The translations under genes and the position numbers were made by a program. Positions 60,933-64,000 of a stretch of 64,000 nucleotides of DNA are shown here, piece after piece. How positions within the stretch are numbered: position 1 is the stretch's first letter; each line of letters opens with the position of its first letter. The notes beneath the pieces were generated by a model that saw only the letters and a program-made list of their open reading frames with translations, was not told the origin of the DNA and ran no database searches. This stretch comes from an uncultured Verrucomicrobiae bacterium (GTDB lineage: Bacteria > Verrucomicrobiota > Verrucomicrobiia > Chthoniobacterales > JAATET01): positions 149,833 through 213,832 of the forward strand of contig CAVRCI010000003.1 of the NCBI GenBank assembly GCA_963719495.1, given 5' to 3'.

Positions 60933-61412
60933 GTGTCACCCAGATTGCTTAATCGTCGGCGCTTTCTTCGGACAACCGCCGCAGCAAAACTGCTGAACAG
61001 CTTCGGCGGCATCCTTCCCGGATACGCTCAGGCCGGTCGGAAGCCGGAGTTGAGCGGCACGGACCTCAATCTCACCATCGCTACAGAGACGCTACGAATC
61101 GGGGGTCGGCGCACGAAGGGCATCACCATCAACGGCGTGATGCCCGGCCCGCTAATTCGCCCCCGCGAGGGCGATGACGTGTCGATTCGGGGCCATAACC
61201 AACTCGACAAATCGACCTCCATCCATTGGCACGGGCTCATCCTTTCCGTTCGAATGGACAGCGTGCCGGGCGTGAGCTACGCGGACATCCCGGCGGGCGA
61301 GACGTTTATCTAACGCTTTCCCGCCCGGCAGAGCGGCTCCTACTGGTATCACAGCCATACGAGTCTCCAGGAACAGCTAGGGCACGCCGGACCGATGATC
61401 TTCGAGCCGCGG
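60933..61412 (+). pseudogene. CopA-type multicopper oxidase N-terminal fragment
   Basis: Tat motif RRRFL, SIHWHG, TAA at 61311-61313, then GSYWYHSH; truncated afterwards. Confidence 0.85.
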
Positions 61413-61471
61413 GCCGAAATCAGTCAGCGAATACGGTCTTCGAAGGATCGGGCGAAGCCGTTCCCCGATGC

Positions 61472-61858
61472 TCAAAGAGGATGAGATTTCGAATCGTAGC
61501 GAACGACGATTCGATCCGCCCCTTGCGCTTCGGCGAGCGAAAAACTGGCGACAAAAGGATACAGCCTACTCCGTCCCCGGCTCAGGCGGGGATGTCCAGG
61601 ATCGATGTCGTCGCGCTTTTCAGCGAGCACAGCTCCGTCCGCTGCAAGGAGTTGGATGTCGACGTTCGCCGGTGCCGGGATTTCCTGACCAAGAGTTTGC
61701 CGGATCCTTCCGGTGACAAACACTCGATCCTTCGTCTCGTAGGCGCGGTAGGCGTCCACGACTCCTTCGCTAGAATCGCCGACGCTAACCACGATCGCCG
61801 ACCCGGCTGAACGAACCCCTGCCTCGAGTGAGGCTCCGGTGGACAAGGTCGCCAGCAC
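61472..61858 (-). CDS. exported hypothetical protein, probably 5'-truncated
   Basis: Beta-rich domain (VFVTGR, VDIQLLAADG) with only a partial signal peptide. Confidence 0.45.
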   Translation of the reverse strand: MLATLSTGASLEAGVRSAGSAIVVSVGDSSEGVVDAYRAYETKDRVFVTGRIRQTLGQEIPAPANVDIQLLAADGAVLAEKRDDIDPGHPRLSRGRSRLYPFVASFSLAEAQGADRIVVRYDSKSHPL

Positions 61859-61937
61859 AAAGGCGGCGCCGCTTTCCTGCCAAGAAACGAGAACTGGGAG
61901 ATGGATTGGTTGCCTGCGTGACCGTGATTCTGGCGAG

Positions 61938-62315
61938 ATGGTCCCCGTCGATCTCGATCCATTGATTTAATCCGGCCTGCTGCAACTCTTCGATGTGGAC
62001 GGCGAAAGCGAAGAGACTCTCTACATTGAACAAGCAACCGTCGTCGATGACGGCGAGGCCATGTCGCTGGCGATTGCGAGCACACGTTCGCTCGAATTGG
62101 CAATCGACGATCGCCGCGCTCGGAGAATGGTCGCCGAACGCTTTCCGAAGTTCCGTCTTTGGACAACTCCCGACATTCTGAAGCAGTGGGCGGAACATCC
62201 GGGCTGCTCCCGTTTGGAAGTCAAAGATGCGATCAAACGGGTCGGGATATGTGCTCTCTATTTCCCGGCTCGAACCCATCCCCTGGCGTCCTGGTGGCAG
62301 AGCGCCAAAGAGTGA
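61938..62315 (+). pseudogene. PIN-domain protein remnant
   Basis: DDGEAMSLAIA...AIDDRRARR. In-frame TAA at 61968-61970; N-terminus missing. Confidence 0.65.
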
Positions 62316-62417
62316 CGCGCCTTACTCAGTGAGGCTTCTCTGGCGAAGCGCCTCAACTCCTGCACGATTCCGCGTTTCGCGATTCTCCGCTGTGTTTCGT
62401 GCGAAGAGTGAAACCGC

Positions 62418-63757
62418 TCAGTGCTCGTGAGGCATTCCGTGCTGGTGCGGATGCGAATGCACGAGGTCGCCGTGGCGATGCTCGTGGGTGTGATAATCCC
62501 CGGGCGGATCGAAGGCGCTGTGCGCGTGAGCGTGGGTGCGATCCGGAACTTGCGCGTGGGCGGCGGTTTGGCGTAGTCGCCCGATCCAAAGCGGCACGGA
62601 GACCGCGAAGAGCAGCCCGGCAAAAAGCCAGGCACTCGGTCCGAACCCAAGCGCGGTCACCGCGAAGCCCGCCAGCGGATAAGTGAACCCCCAGCCCGCG
62701 TGGCTGAGTGAAAAGTGCGCCGCGTAAATGTGCGACCGCTCGTCCGTCGCGCTGTTGGCGGCGAGGAGTTCGTTCCCGCGAATGCCGAGAATGCTCTGCT
62801 CGGCTCCGGCCAACGCCCAGGCGACGAGGAGCGGCTCGAAGCGCTCGAACCACCCGGCCCCAGCGAGCGCCACGATCATGCCGGGCGCGGCGCAATGAAA
62901 GAGCGCATTGTGAATCGTCGGCGTCGCTCGTCCGTAGCCAGTCGCGCCGATGACGGAGCCGACCCCGTAGGCCGCCATCGCCCACGCGTAAGCGGTGTCG
63001 GGCAGGCCAAGCTGGCCCTTCACAAAATCAATCGTCGCCACGAGAATGAACCCGCCCGCGACGCTGACCTGAAGGGCCAGATAGAGCGTCTCGCGCAGGA
63101 GCGGACGGCGCAGCATCGCCGAGATCCCGGGGCCGATCGCGACTCGTTGCTTAGCCTACTTTTCAGCGACCGCCAGTCTCGGCAGACCGAAGATCCAGGC
63201 CGCGCTCAGGATGAACGTCAGCCCGTCGGCGACGAAATTTCCGCGGAATCCGAAGAGCGCGATTGTCAAACCGGCGAGCGAGGGGCCGAGAATGTTTGCG
63301 GTGTCATACGCGACCGACCCAAGCGCCAGCGCACGCGGATACTGCGCGGCGGTCGTGATGCCGGGAATCACAGCTTTGTAAACCGGCGTGAACAGTGCCG
63401 CCCCGAGATTGAGCAGGACCGCGAGCGCGTAGATGTGCCAGACGCTTTCGACAAAGAAGAACCCGGCGACAATGGCCGCGCGTGACAAGTCGCTAGCGAT
63501 CATCGTCGTCCGCGCGCCGAAGCGGTCTGCGACGATTCCGGCCCACGGCGCGCAGAAAACGATCACGACGATCCGAATCGCCAGCGTGACACCGAGCACC
63601 ATCGAGGCCGACGCGCCGACGAGCTGGTGCGCCAGCAGGCCCAGCGCCACCGAACTGAGTCCGCTTCCGACCAAGCTGACGACGTGCGCCCAGAAGAGCT
63701 GCTGAAAGGGACGGTTCGCCAGAGGGATGTCGTGAGATCGCCGGGTTCGTCAGTCAT
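62418..63757 (-). pseudogene. NreB-like MFS metal exporter with His-rich tail
   Basis: AAHFSLSHAGW and H-x-H tail. In-frame TAG at 63156-63158 and a 1-nt frameshift near 63725. Confidence 0.8.
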
Positions 63758-63771
63758 GGGTTCTGATCGGA

Positions 63772-64000
63772 TCAAGCCAATGCGGCGGGCGCGGCGCAAT
63801 CCTCGCCCGCGAGTTCCACGTCGATCGTGACGTGCTCGAATGTCTCCTCATCCAACGCCTCGCGCACTTTGTTCTTTGTCTCCACGATCTCTTCGCGTGA
63901 GGCGTCGGTCGCCACCACGAGGTGCATTGAAAGGACGTGGCTCTCGCCGTCGAGGGACCAGACGTGAATGTGATGGACGTCTTCCACTTTCGGAAAGCTC
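63772..64000 (-). CDS. cation diffusion facilitator (CzcD/ZitB-like) C-terminus, partial
   Basis: DVHHIHVWSLDG...HLVV...HVTI. Confidence 0.8.
   Translation of the reverse strand, partial: SFPKVEDVHHIHVWSLDGESHVLSMHLVVATDASREEIVETKNKVREALDEETFEHVTIDVELAGEDCAAPAALA

Larger units (their letters stand above)
38448..64000. mobile_element. genomic island downstream of tRNA-Leu (continues past the window end)
   Basis: Abrupt drop in GC and loss of host codon/skew pattern right after the tRNA. Contains a recombinase, defence-like genes and pseudogenes. Confidence 0.8.

Noticed and set aside
50517..63757. Stop-codon readthrough or alternative genetic code in island genes
   Set aside because: The internal stops are mixed (TAA and TAG), fall at unrelated positions and co-occur with truncations and frameshifts. 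Ordinary decay explains them.
1..64000. CRISPR array, retron, DGR or group II intron
   Set aside because: No regularly spaced repeat-spacer array, cas genes or reverse transcriptase motifs were seen.
38448..64000. Prophage or conjugative element
   Set aside because: No structural, terminase, relaxase or T4SS genes are recognisable in the window.

Overview
High-GC bacterial chromosome segment. The gene content and intergenic repeat styles suggest a PVC-superphylum organism, probably Verrucomicrobiota (inference only). Positions 1-36.3 kb are core genome with a strong C>G skew on the + strand: ADP-ribosylglycohydrolase, tamA/tamB-like pair, ribH-nusB-ftsY, a sigma-70 factor, a beta-CASP nuclease, DUF1800/DUF1501, thiE, accBC, mlaEFDCA, xseA, pssA, metG, an LpxL-like acyltransferase and a fatty acid desaturase, with many REP-like palindromes between genes. 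A complete Mutator-type IS (ISKra4/ISLre2-like; 19-bp IRs, 9-bp target duplication, A9 -1 frameshift) sits just upstream of tRNA-Leu(TAG) at 38366-38447. A lower-GC genomic island follows and runs past the window end. It holds: (i) an ~11 kb unit with a tRNA-Lys-like 3' remnant, a ClpX/HslU-like AAA+ ATPase, two paralogous unknown genes sharing upstream motifs, an HTH-linked envelope cassette, an AbiE-like pair coupled to a GHKL ATPase-PD-(D/E)xK nuclease, and a minimal tyrosine recombinase; (ii) an intact co-oriented candidate defence trio (unknown 350 aa, DUF4062-STAND NTPase-TPR, Hna-like SF2 helicase-nuclease); (iii) decayed heavy-metal resistance genes. The best candidates for undescribed systems are the unknown + DUF4062-STAND-TPR pair, the AbiE-like + GHKL-nuclease operon, and the paralog/AAA/mini-recombinase element. 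All family assignments come from motif recognition, not database searches.
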